DNA from: an uncultured Sutterella sp.
Lineage (GTDB): Bacteria > Pseudomonadota > Gammaproteobacteria > Burkholderiales > Burkholderiaceae_F
Length of the DNA stretch: 37,302 nucleotides
Direction: 5' to 3'
NCBI GenBank assembly: GCA_964624425.1
Contig: CAZUXQ010000001.1
Coordinates: forward strand, 1 to 37,302
Shown: positions 10,838-19,997 of the stretch, piece after piece
How positions within the stretch are numbered: position 1 is the stretch's first letter
How the letters are laid out: each line of letters starts with the position of its first letter
Program-made: the position numbers and the translations under genes
The notes under the pieces: generated by a model
Database searches by the model: none
What the model was told of the DNA's origin: nothing
Seen by the model: only the letters and a program-made list of their open reading frames with translations

Positions 10838-12283
10838 ATGAAATGGGAAGTCGTTGTCGGTCTTGAGACGCACGTTCAGCTCTCGACCAACTCCAAGATT
10901 TTTTCGGGGGCGCCCTGCCGCTTCGGCGACGAACCGAACAAGAATTCGTGCTGCGTCGATCTGGCGCTGCCGGGCGCGCTGCCGGTTCTGAACCGCGGCG
11001 CCGTCGAAAAGGCCATCCGCTTCGGTCTCGCGATTCGCGCGAAGGTTGCCGACTGCTCCGTTTTCGACCGCAAGAATTATTTCTATCCCGATCTGCCGAA
11101 GGGTTATCAGATCAGCCAATTCGAGCTCCCGATCGTTGCGGGCGGCGAAATCACATTCCCGGTCGAACCCAAGACGGGCGAACCGTACGTGAAGACCATT
11201 CATCTGACGCGCGCTCATCTTGAAGAGGATGCCGGCAAGTCCGTGCACGGCATCGTTGCGGGCCGCTCCGGCATCGACCTGAATCGCGCCGGCACGCCGC
11301 TTCTTGAAATCGTTACGGAGCCGGAGCTGCGTTCGGCCGCCGAAGCCGTCGGCTACGCCCGCGCGCTTCATTCGCTCGTCGTCTGGCTTGGAATCTCGGA
11401 CGGCAACATGCAGGAAGGCAATTTCCGCTGCGACGCGAACGTCTCCGTGCGCCCGGCAGGCCGGAAGGAATTCGGCACCCGCTGCGAAATCAAGAATCTG
11501 AACTCCTTCCGCTTCCTGCAGGAAGCCATCGAATATGAAGTTCAGCGCCAGATCGAGCTCATCGAGGACGGCGGCAGCGTCGTTCAGGCAACCCGCCTCT
11601 ATGATCCGCAGAAGGGCGAGACCCGCGTCATGCGGACCAAGGAAGATTCGATGGACTACCGCTATTTTCCGGATCCGGACCTTCTTCCCTTGAAGATCAG
11701 CGATGAGTGGATCGATGAGGTCAGGGCCGATATGCCTGAGCTGCCCGAAGAAATGCGGCGCCGCCTGATGAGCGATTTCGGCCTCTCGGAGTACGATGCA
11801 TCCATCCTCACTTCGAGCCGCGGCATCGCCGACTACTACTCGGCGCTTGCCGGCCAAGTGAAGGACAAGAAGCTTGCCGCCAACTGGGTCATGGGGGAAT
11901 TGGCCGCCGCCGTCAATCACGGCGAATGCTCGTTTGCCGATGCGCCTGTGACGCCCGAGAAGCTTGCAGGCATTCTCCTGCGCCTCGTCGACGGCACCAT
12001 CAGCAGCAAGGGCGCAAAGGAAGTCTTCCAGACCATCTGGGGCGGGAGCGAAGGCACTGTCGATCAGATCATCGAAGCCAAAGGCCTGAAGCAGATTTCC
12101 GATGCAGGCGCCTTGGAAAGGATCGTCGACGAAGTGATTGCCGAAAATCAGAAGTCGGTCGATGAATTCCGCGCCGGCAAGGAAAAGGCTCTCAATGCGC
12201 TCGTCGGCCGATGCATGAAGGCGACGAAGGGCAAAGCCAATCCCAGCCGGCTCAACGAAATGCTCCGCAGGAAGCTTCAGTAA
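10838..12283 (+). CDS. gatB: Amidotransferase subunit B
   Basis: [45 protein letters not shown] and a YqeY-like tail. Confidence 0.98.
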   Translation: MKWEVVVGLETHVQLSTNSKIFSGAPCRFGDEPNKNSCCVDLALPGALPVLNRGAVEKAIRFGLAIRAKVADCSVFDRKNYFYPDLPKGYQISQFELPIVAGGEITFPVEPKTGEPYVKTIHLTRAHLEEDAGKSVHGIVAGRSGIDLNRAGTPLLEIVTEPELRSAAEAVGYARALHSLVVWLGISDGNMQEGNFRCDANVSVRPAGRKEFGTRCEIKNLNSFRFLQEAIEYEVQRQIELIEDGGSVVQATRLYDPQKGETRVMRTKEDSMDYRYFPDPDLLPLKISDEWIDEVRADMPELPEEMRRRLMSDFGLSEYDASILTSSRGIADYYSALAGQVKDKKLAANWVMGELAAAVNHGECSFADAPVTPEKLAGILLRLVDGTISSKGAKEVFQTIWGGSEGTVDQIIEAKGLKQISDAGALERIVDEVIAENQKSVDEFRAGKEKALNALVGRCMKATKGKANPSRLNEMLRRKLQ

Positions 12284-12320
12284 ACCTCTCGAGGAAGCGC
12301 GCCTTCCGAAAGGAGGCCGG

Positions 12321-12364
12321 AACTCCCGGAAGTTCGGATGCATCGTTCTAAGCCGGGAGTTTTC
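12321..12364 (+). terminator. Putative intrinsic terminator after gatB
   Basis: 9-bp inverted repeat AACTCCCGG (12321-12329) / CCGGGAGTT (12353-12361) running into a short T stretch, in a convergent spacer. The loop is unusually long. Confidence 0.5.
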
Positions 12365-12431
12365 TGCATGGGAGGCAGATGCGGCAGGGCCGGACTCGGA
12401 CGGCAAAGCCGGCTTTACCGAACCTCGCTCC

Positions 12432-13109
12432 TTATGCGCCGTACTTGGCGCGGTAGCTCGAAACCGCGTCGCGGTACTGCGAGACGGCCTCCGCCTTTTC
12501 CGAGCCGCTGTTCATGAAGGCGAGGAGATCGTTCAAATTGATGATTGAAATGACCGAGAGGCCGAGTGCTTTCTGAACGTCCTGAACAGCCGACGATTCC
12601 GTCGTGCTGACGGCGCCGCCGCCGCGCTCCATGCGGTCTACGGCGATGAGCACGCCGCTCGGTTCGGCATTGCAGTTCCTGATGATGTCGACCGATTCGC
12701 GAACGGAGGTGCCCGCCGAAATGACGTCGTCGATGATGACGATCCTGCCTTTCAGAGGAGCGCCGACAATGACGCCGCCTTCTCCGTGATCCTTGGCCTC
12801 CTTTCGATTGAAGGCCCAGGGCGCGTCGCAGCCGAGGCGGGCAAGATTGATGGCTACCGCCGCAACGAGCGGAATGCCTTTGTAGGCGGGGCCGAAGAGC
12901 ATGTCGAATTCGATCTCGCCCTTATTCTTCGCGTTCAGAAGGGTCTGCGCGTAGAAGGAGCCCAATTTGTCCAGAAGCATGCCGGTGTTGAAGAGTCCGG
13001 CATTGAAGAAATACGGGGAAAGTCTTCCGGCTTTCGTCTTGAACTCGCCGAAGCGGAGGACGTCGGCTTCAAGTGCAAATTCAATGAATTGTTGCTGAAT
13101 GCTCTGCAT
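12432..13109 (-). CDS. pyrE: Orotate phosphoribosyltransferase
   Basis: FKTKAGRLSPYFFNAG, FGPAYKGIPL, NRKEAKDHGEGG and PRPP motif IIDDVISAGTS. ATG at 13109; the longer ORF-track start overlaps xth. Confidence 0.97.
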   Translation of the reverse strand: MQSIQQQFIEFALEADVLRFGEFKTKAGRLSPYFFNAGLFNTGMLLDKLGSFYAQTLLNAKNKGEIEFDMLFGPAYKGIPLVAAVAINLARLGCDAPWAFNRKEAKDHGEGGVIVGAPLKGRIVIIDDVISAGTSVRESVDIIRNCNAEPSGVLIAVDRMERGGGAVSTTESSAVQDVQKALGLSVISIINLNDLLAFMNSGSEKAEAVSQYRDAVSSYRAKYGA

Positions 13110-13281
13110 GATGATGGGTAGAATCGCGCGATGACGAAGATGAAGGCAGACTGAAGTTCGGCCAAAGCACGTGTGCAGACTGCTCGAAAAGATGCTGTTT
13201 CTCTGGACTGCCGCCAATTTTAGCGTCTGCAGCCGGCGGCGCACTGCTTTTCGCCTGCGGCTGACTGGAGATTCGATCGAA

Positions 13282-14052
13282 ATGTTTCGCGTAATGACTT
13301 TCAATGCCAACGGCATCCGCTCTGCGGCCGCAAAGGGATTTTTCCAATGGTTTTCGCAGATGGACGCCGACGTGCTCTGCGTGCAGGAACTGAAGGCGCA
13401 GGAGGACGACATTCCTGAAGAAATCAGCGCTTTCGGCGGCTATTCGCTTTATTGTCACTGCGCGAAGAAGCGGGGCTATTCGGGCTGCGGCATCTGGACC
13501 CGACGCGAGCCGCTTTCCGTTCGCGCCGGGTTCGGCGTCGAAGAGTTCGACGACGAAGGCCGCTGCATCGAAGCGGATTTCGGGCCGATGATCATTGTCA
13601 GCGCTTATTTCCCTTCAGGAACGTCGGGCGATGAAAGGCAGAACGCGAAATTCCGCTTTTTGGACCGCTTTTTGGTTCATATGAACGAACTGAAGCAGTC
13701 GGGGCGAGAAGTTGTTCTTTGCGGCGATTTGAATATCGCGCATAAGGAAATCGACCTCAAGAACTGGAAGGGCAACTTGAAGCATTCAGGGTTTCTTCCC
13801 GAAGAACGCCGCTGGATGACGGATTTGTTCGATCGCCACGGCTGGGTGGATGTGTTCCGCCGGCTTGATTCTCGTCCCGACCGTTATACTTGGTGGAGCC
13901 AGCGAGGCCGTGCGAGAGCCGAAAATGTCGGGTGGCGGATCGACTATCAGGTCGCGACGCCGAAAATTGCCGGGACGGCGAAATTCACGGATATCTATGC
14001 GTCCGAAAAGTTTTCCGATCATGCGCCTTTCTGGGTCGATTACGACTGCTGA
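13282..14052 (+). CDS. xth: Exodeoxyribonuclease III / AP endonuclease (ExoA-type)
   Basis: FNANGIR, QELK, SAYFP, GDLNIAH, YTWW, WRIDY and SDHAP. GGAG upstream of ATG 13282. Confidence 0.93.
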   Translation: MFRVMTFNANGIRSAAAKGFFQWFSQMDADVLCVQELKAQEDDIPEEISAFGGYSLYCHCAKKRGYSGCGIWTRREPLSVRAGFGVEEFDDEGRCIEADFGPMIIVSAYFPSGTSGDERQNAKFRFLDRFLVHMNELKQSGREVVLCGDLNIAHKEIDLKNWKGNLKHSGFLPEERRWMTDLFDRHGWVDVFRRLDSRPDRYTWWSQRGRARAENVGWRIDYQVATPKIAGTAKFTDIYASEKFSDHAPFWVDYDC

Positions 14053-14069
14053 GACGGAGCAGACGCAGC

Positions 14070-14777
14070 ATGCGCTTGGCTGACATTCTCTTTGCTCAGG
14101 GCTTCGGGACGAGATGCGACTGCGCGGCTCTCGCTGCTTCGGGGAAGGTCAAGGTGAACGGCATCGTTCACGACGATCCGGACGAAGAGATTGATGCCGA
14201 GGGGCTTTCCTTTGAATGCGACGGCAGGATCTGGCCCTATTGCGAACGCGCCCTCATCGCGCTCAATAAGCCTGCAGGCTATGAATGCTCGCTCAAGCCC
14301 TCGGCCTATCCGTCCGTCATGAATCTTCTGCCGTGGCAGCTGCGCCGGCGCGGCGTGCAGCCGATCGGCCGTCTTGATGCGGATGCGACGGGCCTTCTTC
14401 TTCTCACGGACGACGGAAGGCTCAACCATCGCCTCATTCATCCCAAGCGCTGCGTTCCAAAGGTCTACGAGGTCGAATTGAAGCATCCGGCCGACGAAGG
14501 CCTGCAGGAGAAGCTCATGGCCGGCGTTGTTCTTCGAGATTCCGACGAAGCGGTTCGAGCCGAGAATGCGCGCCTTCTTGATCCGCGGCATCTCGAACTT
14601 ACGCTCACGCAGGGCAAATACCATCAAGTGAAGCGCATGATCGCCGCCTGCGGCAATCGCGTCGAGAAGCTGCATCGCTCCCGGATCGGCGGCTTCAGGC
14701 TGCCCGATGATCTGGCGTCCGGCGCCTGGATCTGGCTCAGCGATCCGAAGCTTGTTGTCGGGGACGGGCATGCCTGA
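14070..14777 (+). CDS. rsuA: RsuA family rRNA pseudouridine synthase
   Basis: S4-like N-terminus, LNKPAGY, GRLDADATGLLLLT and GKYHQVKRMIAACGNRV. ATG 14070 after GGAG. Confidence 0.85.
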   Translation: MRLADILFAQGFGTRCDCAALAASGKVKVNGIVHDDPDEEIDAEGLSFECDGRIWPYCERALIALNKPAGYECSLKPSAYPSVMNLLPWQLRRRGVQPIGRLDADATGLLLLTDDGRLNHRLIHPKRCVPKVYEVELKHPADEGLQEKLMAGVVLRDSDEAVRAENARLLDPRHLELTLTQGKYHQVKRMIAACGNRVEKLHRSRIGGFRLPDDLASGAWIWLSDPKLVVGDGHA

Positions 14778-16089
14778 GTCGGGGACCGCGAGGAAGCCCG
14801 CGAAGAACGCCGGCTGGGGCGTCTACTGCGAGGCCGATTCGATTCGAATGTTCTTTCTGGGCTTCAGCTCCGGCCTGCCGCTGCTTCTCGTTCTCGGCAC
14901 GCTGGGCTTCTGGCTCAGAGAGGCGGGCATAGAACTTGCCGCGATCGGCTTCATGTCGTGGATCGGGCTTGCGTACGGCTTCAAATGGCTGTGGGCGCCG
15001 CTGGTCGATCAGGTCTCCGTTCCGATTCTGACTCGCGTTCTGGGGCGACGGCGAGGCTGGCTCGTTGCGGCTCAGAGCGGCATTATCGTCGGTCTTGTCG
15101 GAATGGCCTTTTCCGATCCGTCGTCTTCTCTTTGGGCGACGGTCATTTTTGCCTGTCTGACCGCGTTTTCCTCGGCAACGCAGGATATTGCGCTCGACGC
15201 CTACCGCATCGAATGCGCCGAAGCCGAAAAGCAGGCTGCGCTCGCGGCCGTGTACCAGACGGGCTACCGGCTCGCCATGATTTGGGCGGGCGCCGGGGCG
15301 CTCGCGATTGCGGGCTGGAGTTCGGGGGCGCCCGGCTATTGCTTTTCGGCTTGGTCGCTTGCGTATCTCGTCATGGCGGCCAGTGCGGCCGTGGGGATCG
15401 TTGCGGCGCTTCTTGCTCCCGAGCCTGCATTCATGGAGAAGGCGTCCGTGCAGAGCGGGCCGCAGGGCATCGCTGAAAAATTCCTGCTTCGCTTTTGGGA
15501 GCCGATCGCGGATTTCTTCCGGCGCTACGGCAGGAGCGCTTTTTGGCTTCTTCTTCTGGTGGCGACCTACCGAATTTCGGACGTCGTCATGGGCGTCATG
15601 GCGAATCCTTTTTATGCCGATATCGGCTTCTCCAAAGAAGTCGTTGCCGGCGTAAGCAAAGTGTTCGGCGTTCTCATGACGCTTGCGGGCGCCTTTCTCG
15701 GAGGCGCCGCCGTCATGCGCTTCGGCATTCTGCCGACGCTCATGACCGGCGCCGCTCTCTCAAGCTCGACCAATCTGCTTTTTTCCATGCTTGCTCTTGT
15801 CGGTGCGGACGTTCGGCTTCTCGTCGCGGCGGTATCGGCGGACAATTTGGCCGCAGGCCTTTCAAGCTCCGCCTTCGTGGCCTTCATGTCCGGACTGACG
15901 AATCGCGGATATTCCGCATCGCAGTACGCGCTTCTGAGCTCGCTGATGCTGCTGCTGCCCAAATTCCTCGCCGGCTTCTCCGGCGTCGTCGTCGAGCTTT
16001 TGGGCTACAGCTGCTTTTTCGTCTTCACGGCTCTCATCGGCGCGCCCGTGCTTTTCTTTGCCTGGCAGGTGAAGCGCCGAGGCTTCTGA
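14770..16089 (+). CDS. ampG: AmpG family muropeptide MFS transporter
   Basis: LGFSSGLPLLL, KWLWAPLVD, GRRRGW, SATQDIALDAYRIE and SQYALLSSL. Start at 14770 overlaps the rsuA end by 8 nt. Confidence 0.92.
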   Translation: MPESGTARKPAKNAGWGVYCEADSIRMFFLGFSSGLPLLLVLGTLGFWLREAGIELAAIGFMSWIGLAYGFKWLWAPLVDQVSVPILTRVLGRRRGWLVAAQSGIIVGLVGMAFSDPSSSLWATVIFACLTAFSSATQDIALDAYRIECAEAEKQAALAAVYQTGYRLAMIWAGAGALAIAGWSSGAPGYCFSAWSLAYLVMAASAAVGIVAALLAPEPAFMEKASVQSGPQGIAEKFLLRFWEPIADFFRRYGRSAFWLLLLVATYRISDVVMGVMANPFYADIGFSKEVVAGVSKVFGVLMTLAGAFLGGAAVMRFGILPTLMTGAALSSSTNLLFSMLALVGADVRLLVAAVSADNLAAGLSSSAFVAFMSGLTNRGYSASQYALLSSLMLLLPKFLAGFSGVVVELLGYSCFFVFTALIGAPVLFFAWQVKRRGF

Positions 16090-16151
16090 CGAAAGAAGCG
16101 GGCGCTCGGGTCCGTCCGTCTCTTCGGCGCCTGCGCGCGCCGCTTCGGGAT

Positions 16152-16919
16152 TCAGCCGCAGCGCCTGCGTTTGGGCGTCCGCTTCGGCATTCTCTGTCCG
16201 GAAGCCCTGTAGGGCATTTTTCGGGCTGATCCGCTGCTCTTCTTCGGAGCCGGCGGCTTCTCCTCCGATTCTGAGGCTTCGGCGGGAAGGGGGGCTTGGA
16301 GCGTGACGGAAGCAATTTCCGCAACGGACAATGCAAGATCGCGAACAGCTTCGCTGAGGCTTTCGAGAGGCGCTTCGAGGTCCAGATCGTCCTTGATTTC
16401 CTTCAGGTCGCCGATTTCGGCTTCCGGAAGATGGCGAAGAATGCCGAGAAGCGCGCTTTGAATGAGCGCCTCTTTTTCCGGATCTTCGTCGTGCAGCTTC
16501 GGCCAGCGATTGACGGCATCGAGAAAGCCGCTCGCGAAGGGCGAAAGCGCGGCAACCGCTTCCCAGCCCGAACACCTGCGTCCAAGGTCGTCTTCCGGAT
16601 CGTAGACGATCGGATCAATCGCCCGGCCGCTTTCGACGGCGGTCTTGATTTCCCGATAGCGGCGGTAGACGAGGTCTTCGAGCCGTTCTTCGTCGCCGGC
16701 ATCGGCAAGCGCCGTCTCAGAGCTTCCCTGAGCATCGAAAATAAAGGGCATCCACTCGCTCGGCGGAACGGCCGAGGGCATCAGGGCGACGGCCGTCAGA
16801 TAGCCGTCCATTTGATCGGCCTCCATTGGGCCGGCGGTTTCCGGAAGGCCTGCAAGCAGTTCGCCGAGTTCGACGAATTCGGCGCCGGAGAGGGGCTTGA
16901 TCGGATTATTGGGCATCAT
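16152..16919 (-). CDS. YecA/UPF0149 family protein, no intact SEC-C motif
   Basis: MDGYLTAVAL...PSEWMPFIF and FASGFLDAVNRW in an acidic helical body with a basic tail. Overlaps the ptsI 3' end by up to 14 nt. Confidence 0.8.
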   Translation of the reverse strand: MMPNNPIKPLSGAEFVELGELLAGLPETAGPMEADQMDGYLTAVALMPSAVPPSEWMPFIFDAQGSSETALADAGDEERLEDLVYRRYREIKTAVESGRAIDPIVYDPEDDLGRRCSGWEAVAALSPFASGFLDAVNRWPKLHDEDPEKEALIQSALLGILRHLPEAEIGDLKEIKDDLDLEAPLESLSEAVRDLALSVAEIASVTLQAPLPAEASESEEKPPAPKKSSGSARKMPYRASGQRMPKRTPKRRRCG

Positions 16920-18801
16920 CTTCTGCCTGCAAGTTGAGCTTGGTAGGAGGCGTCATTTCCTGAATCGCCTTTTTGACGCTGGCCGTCGTCTTGCGCCGCA
17001 CGAGGCTGCGCGCGAACTCTTCGGCTTCAGGGACGGAAATCGAGAGAATCTTTTCTTTGACTGCCGGAATGCGCGACGGATCCATCGAAAGGGTTCTGCA
17101 GCCGAGACCGATGAAGAAGGGAGCCAGATCCGCTCTGCCGGCCATTTCGCCGCAGACGGCAATGTTCTTGCCGGCGGCGATCACCCTGCGGATCGATTCC
17201 GCGACGAATCGCAGAACGGCCGGATGCAGTTCTTCGTAGTGCATCGATACGGCGACGTTCGTCCGGTCGACGGCGAGCGTGTACTGAACCAGATCGTTCG
17301 TTCCGATGGAGAAAAAGTCGAGAAGCGGAATCAAATCGCCGAGCATGGCGACCGCAGCGGGCATTTCGATCATGCCGCCCACTTGGATGTCGCCGCAGGC
17401 CGGAACGTTTTCTTCTTCGAGTTCCTTGCGGACGCCGTCGATGATTTCAAGAGCGCGCCTCACGTCTTCCGTGCTGGAGATCATCGGCAGAAGAATGCGC
17501 GCGCTTTCTCCGGCGCAGGCTCTCAGGATTGCGCGCAGCTGCGTTTTGTAAAGCTGCGGGAACGCGAACGCAAAGCGAAGGGCGCGCAGGCCGAGCGCCG
17601 GATTGGCTTCGAGAATCTCTTCGGACGTAAGGCAGAGGATTGATTCGCGCGAAAGACTCTTGTCTGCGCCGAGATCGGCAAGACGGATCGTAACGGGCGC
17701 GCCCTTCATTCCCTTCACGACATTGCGGTAGGCGGCAAGCTGTTCTTCTTCGCTCGGCAAGTCGCTGCGGTTGAGAAAGAGGAATTCCGTTCGGAAAAGC
17801 CCGACGCCGTCTGCGCCGGAACGACGCACGTCCGAAAGGTCGTCCGGAAGCGCAATGTTGGCTTCGAGCGAAACTTCCTCGCCGTCCAATGTGACGGCCG
17901 GCTCGGTCTTGAGCTTCAGAAGCGCCCGCTTCTTCGCGCGCAGGCCGCGCATCTTGACGGCGGCGACCTTTTTGTCCGACGTATCCGGGCGGATGCAGAG
18001 GAATCCGGAGTCGGCGTCGATGAGGATTTCGTCGCCCGTGCGAATCTGCTCAAGCGCATTCTGAACGCCGACCAGGGTCGGGATCTCAAGGCTTTTGGCC
18101 AAAATCGCGGCGTGGCTCGTGGCGCTGCCTTCGGTCATGACGATGCCGACGACGTCCAAGTCGTTGCGCCGGCGCAGCTGCAGCATGTCGGCCGGATCGA
18201 GGCTGTCGGCGACAAGCACGACGGCGTCGTCGACTGCATCGGCTGCGGCGATGCTCTTTGCCGCGCGGCGGCCGGCAAGCACGCGCTGAATGCGCTGGAA
18301 GACCCAGACAATGTCGTCGATGCGTTCGCGCAGATAGTCGTCGTCGATCTGCTCGAAGTCTCGGCGGATTTCTTCCAAGCGCCGCGAAAGCGCCCATTCG
18401 GCATTCACAAGATTTTCGCGGATGATTTCGGAGGTCTCGGAGATGAGCGTCGGATCGGCGAGAATCGAGCGGTGCACGTCGAGAAAGGCGGCCGCTTCCG
18501 CAAGCGTTTCGTCTTCAAGCTCCTCGGAGAGGCCGGCGAGTTCCTTGCGGACGGCGGCCGCGGCCATGCGGAGGCGCTGAATTTCGCCTCGGACGGCGCC
18601 TTTGTCGATTTGGAGCTGCGCGACTTCAAGGTCGGCGGACGAAAAGAAAAGCGCAATGCCGCTGGCAATGCCGGAAGAAGCGGAAAGTCCGTAAAGCTTC
18701 TCGCCGGGAAGTTCCTCTTCTCCGGCATGCGCTTCTTCGGCGGCTTCCCGCAAGCCTTCTTCCTCTGCTGCTCGGACCTTGACTTCAGAAGGATCGGTCA
18801 T
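16906..18801 (-). CDS. ptsI: PTS enzyme I (PEP-protein phosphotransferase)
   Basis: Phospho-His motif TSHAAIL, GVGLFRTEFLF, NPALGLRALR, SIGTNDLVQY and VCGEMAG. Confidence 0.96.
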   Translation of the reverse strand: MTDPSEVKVRAAEEEGLREAAEEAHAGEEELPGEKLYGLSASSGIASGIALFFSSADLEVAQLQIDKGAVRGEIQRLRMAAAAVRKELAGLSEELEDETLAEAAAFLDVHRSILADPTLISETSEIIRENLVNAEWALSRRLEEIRRDFEQIDDDYLRERIDDIVWVFQRIQRVLAGRRAAKSIAAADAVDDAVVLVADSLDPADMLQLRRRNDLDVVGIVMTEGSATSHAAILAKSLEIPTLVGVQNALEQIRTGDEILIDADSGFLCIRPDTSDKKVAAVKMRGLRAKKRALLKLKTEPAVTLDGEEVSLEANIALPDDLSDVRRSGADGVGLFRTEFLFLNRSDLPSEEEQLAAYRNVVKGMKGAPVTIRLADLGADKSLSRESILCLTSEEILEANPALGLRALRFAFAFPQLYKTQLRAILRACAGESARILLPMISSTEDVRRALEIIDGVRKELEEENVPACGDIQVGGMIEMPAAVAMLGDLIPLLDFFSIGTNDLVQYTLAVDRTNVAVSMHYEELHPAVLRFVAESIRRVIAAGKNIAVCGEMAGRADLAPFFIGLGCRTLSMDPSRIPAVKEKILSISVPEAEEFARSLVRRKTTASVKKAIQEMTPPTKLNLQAEDDAQ

Positions 18802-18813
18802 GCTTCATCCTCA

Positions 18814-19083
18814 TTATTCCTTTTCGCCGAACTTGTTCGCGAAGAGAGACTCGATGTGGCGCGAGGCTTCCGCCTCGTCGGGGCCGTCCGCCGTAAGCGT
18901 AAGCGCCGTGCCGCAAGGAACGGCCATCGTCATGAGTCCGAGAATGGACTTTGCGTCCACCGTCCGCCTTCCGTGCGTGAGCGTAAGCGAACACTGATAA
19001 AGGCTTGCGGCTTTCGCGAGCTGCGCCGACGGCCTTGCATGGAGGCCGAGCTTGTTGGCAACCGTGAGGCTCGTTTGAATCAT
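18814..19083 (-). CDS. ptsH: HPr phosphocarrier
   Basis: NKLGLHARPSA (His15) and DAKSILGL (Ser46). ATG at 19083. Confidence 0.95.
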   Translation of the reverse strand: MIQTSLTVANKLGLHARPSAQLAKAASLYQCSLTLTHGRRTVDAKSILGLMTMAVPCGTALTLTADGPDEAEASRHIESLFANKFGEKE

Positions 19084-19095
19084 GGACGCTTCCAA

Positions 19096-19512
19096 TCAGT
19101 TTTGTTTGCGGCCGATGCAGGAAGAAATGCCGGCATGGGCGGCGCCTTCGGAAATGGTCAGGGCCCGGCAAAGCGCCGTGTCCGGCGCAGCGCTCAATGC
19201 GGTGATGACGGCCGGCAGATTGACGCCGGCCACGACGCAGACTTTCGGATCCGTCGAGAGGTTGTGCGCGATGTTCGAGGGCGTCGCGCCCAGAAGATCC
19301 GTGAAGACGAGCACGCCTTCGCAGCCGTCGAGCTCCCCGAGAAGCGACTTGGCCTGCGAAGTGCCTTTTTCGACGCTCATGTCGGCGGGAACATCAAAGC
19401 AGACGATGCGCTCCGCCAGACCGACATCGGTTGTGCTATAGATGTGGCGGCAGCACTCCCTGATCGCGCTTGCGAGAGGCGAATGAGCAATGATGCAGAT
19501 GCCTATTGACAA
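19096..19512 (-). CDS. PTS EIIA component, mannose/fructose family
   Basis: IIAHSPLA, LVFTDLLGATPSN and VAGVNLP. TTG start after GGAG. Confidence 0.9.
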   Translation of the reverse strand: MSIGICIIAHSPLASAIRECCRHIYSTTDVGLAERIVCFDVPADMSVEKGTSQAKSLLGELDGCEGVLVFTDLLGATPSNIAHNLSTDPKVCVVAGVNLPAVITALSAAPDTALCRALTISEGAAHAGISSCIGRKQN

Positions 19513-19622
19513 AAGGATGCTCCAAAATCAGATGATTGATGAGTTTAGCATCCGGGCTTGCGGAGCGCTGCGTTTCGGCATGCTGCGCAATTCATTGAAG
19601 TTTCTGCAAAAAGGAATGATCC

Positions 19623-19997
19623 ATGGCTTTGATTCAGTTTGAGTGCGTCGCTGCGGGCCCCTTCATCATGTTCAAGGAGTCGGCCCAAAAGATCTTCGAA
19701 GTGATCGGCGAGAATTTCAAGGAGCAGGGCGCCTTTCCGGTCGAAGATCTTCCGGGCATTCTCGAGAAGCTCGAGAATGCCGAAAAGGCCGACAAGGAAA
19801 AGGCGGCCGAAGAAGCCGCGATGATCGAAGCGGTGCAGCGGGCCTCGACCTACGATCAGGAACTGCGCGAAAAGGAAGAAATGCAGAAGACGAAGCAGAA
19901 GGAGCGCATCCGCCTTTATCAGCGCGTGGTTCCTCTGCAGAACATGATTCGCCGCGCCATCAAGCATAAGGAAGTCGTGACCTGGGGACCGCTCTGA
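19623..19997 (+). CDS. DUF1840 family protein
   Basis: LIQFECVAAGPFIMF...IG...GAFPVEDLP...RLYQRVVPLQNMIRRA...VTWG matches the pattern of this betaproteobacterial family. AAGGA RBS. Confidence 0.75.
   Translation: MALIQFECVAAGPFIMFKESAQKIFEVIGENFKEQGAFPVEDLPGILEKLENAEKADKEKAAEEAAMIEAVQRASTYDQELREKEEMQKTKQKERIRLYQRVVPLQNMIRRAIKHKEVVTWGPL

Noticed and set aside
9824-12406. 860-aa minus-strand ORF
   Set aside because: It lies antisense to gatA/gatB and has no recognisable motifs; a typical shadow ORF from GC-rich codon bias.
13110-13412. N-terminal extensions of pyrE and xth in the ORF track
   Set aside because: The two extensions overlap each other, and family homology begins at ATG 13109 and ATG 13282.
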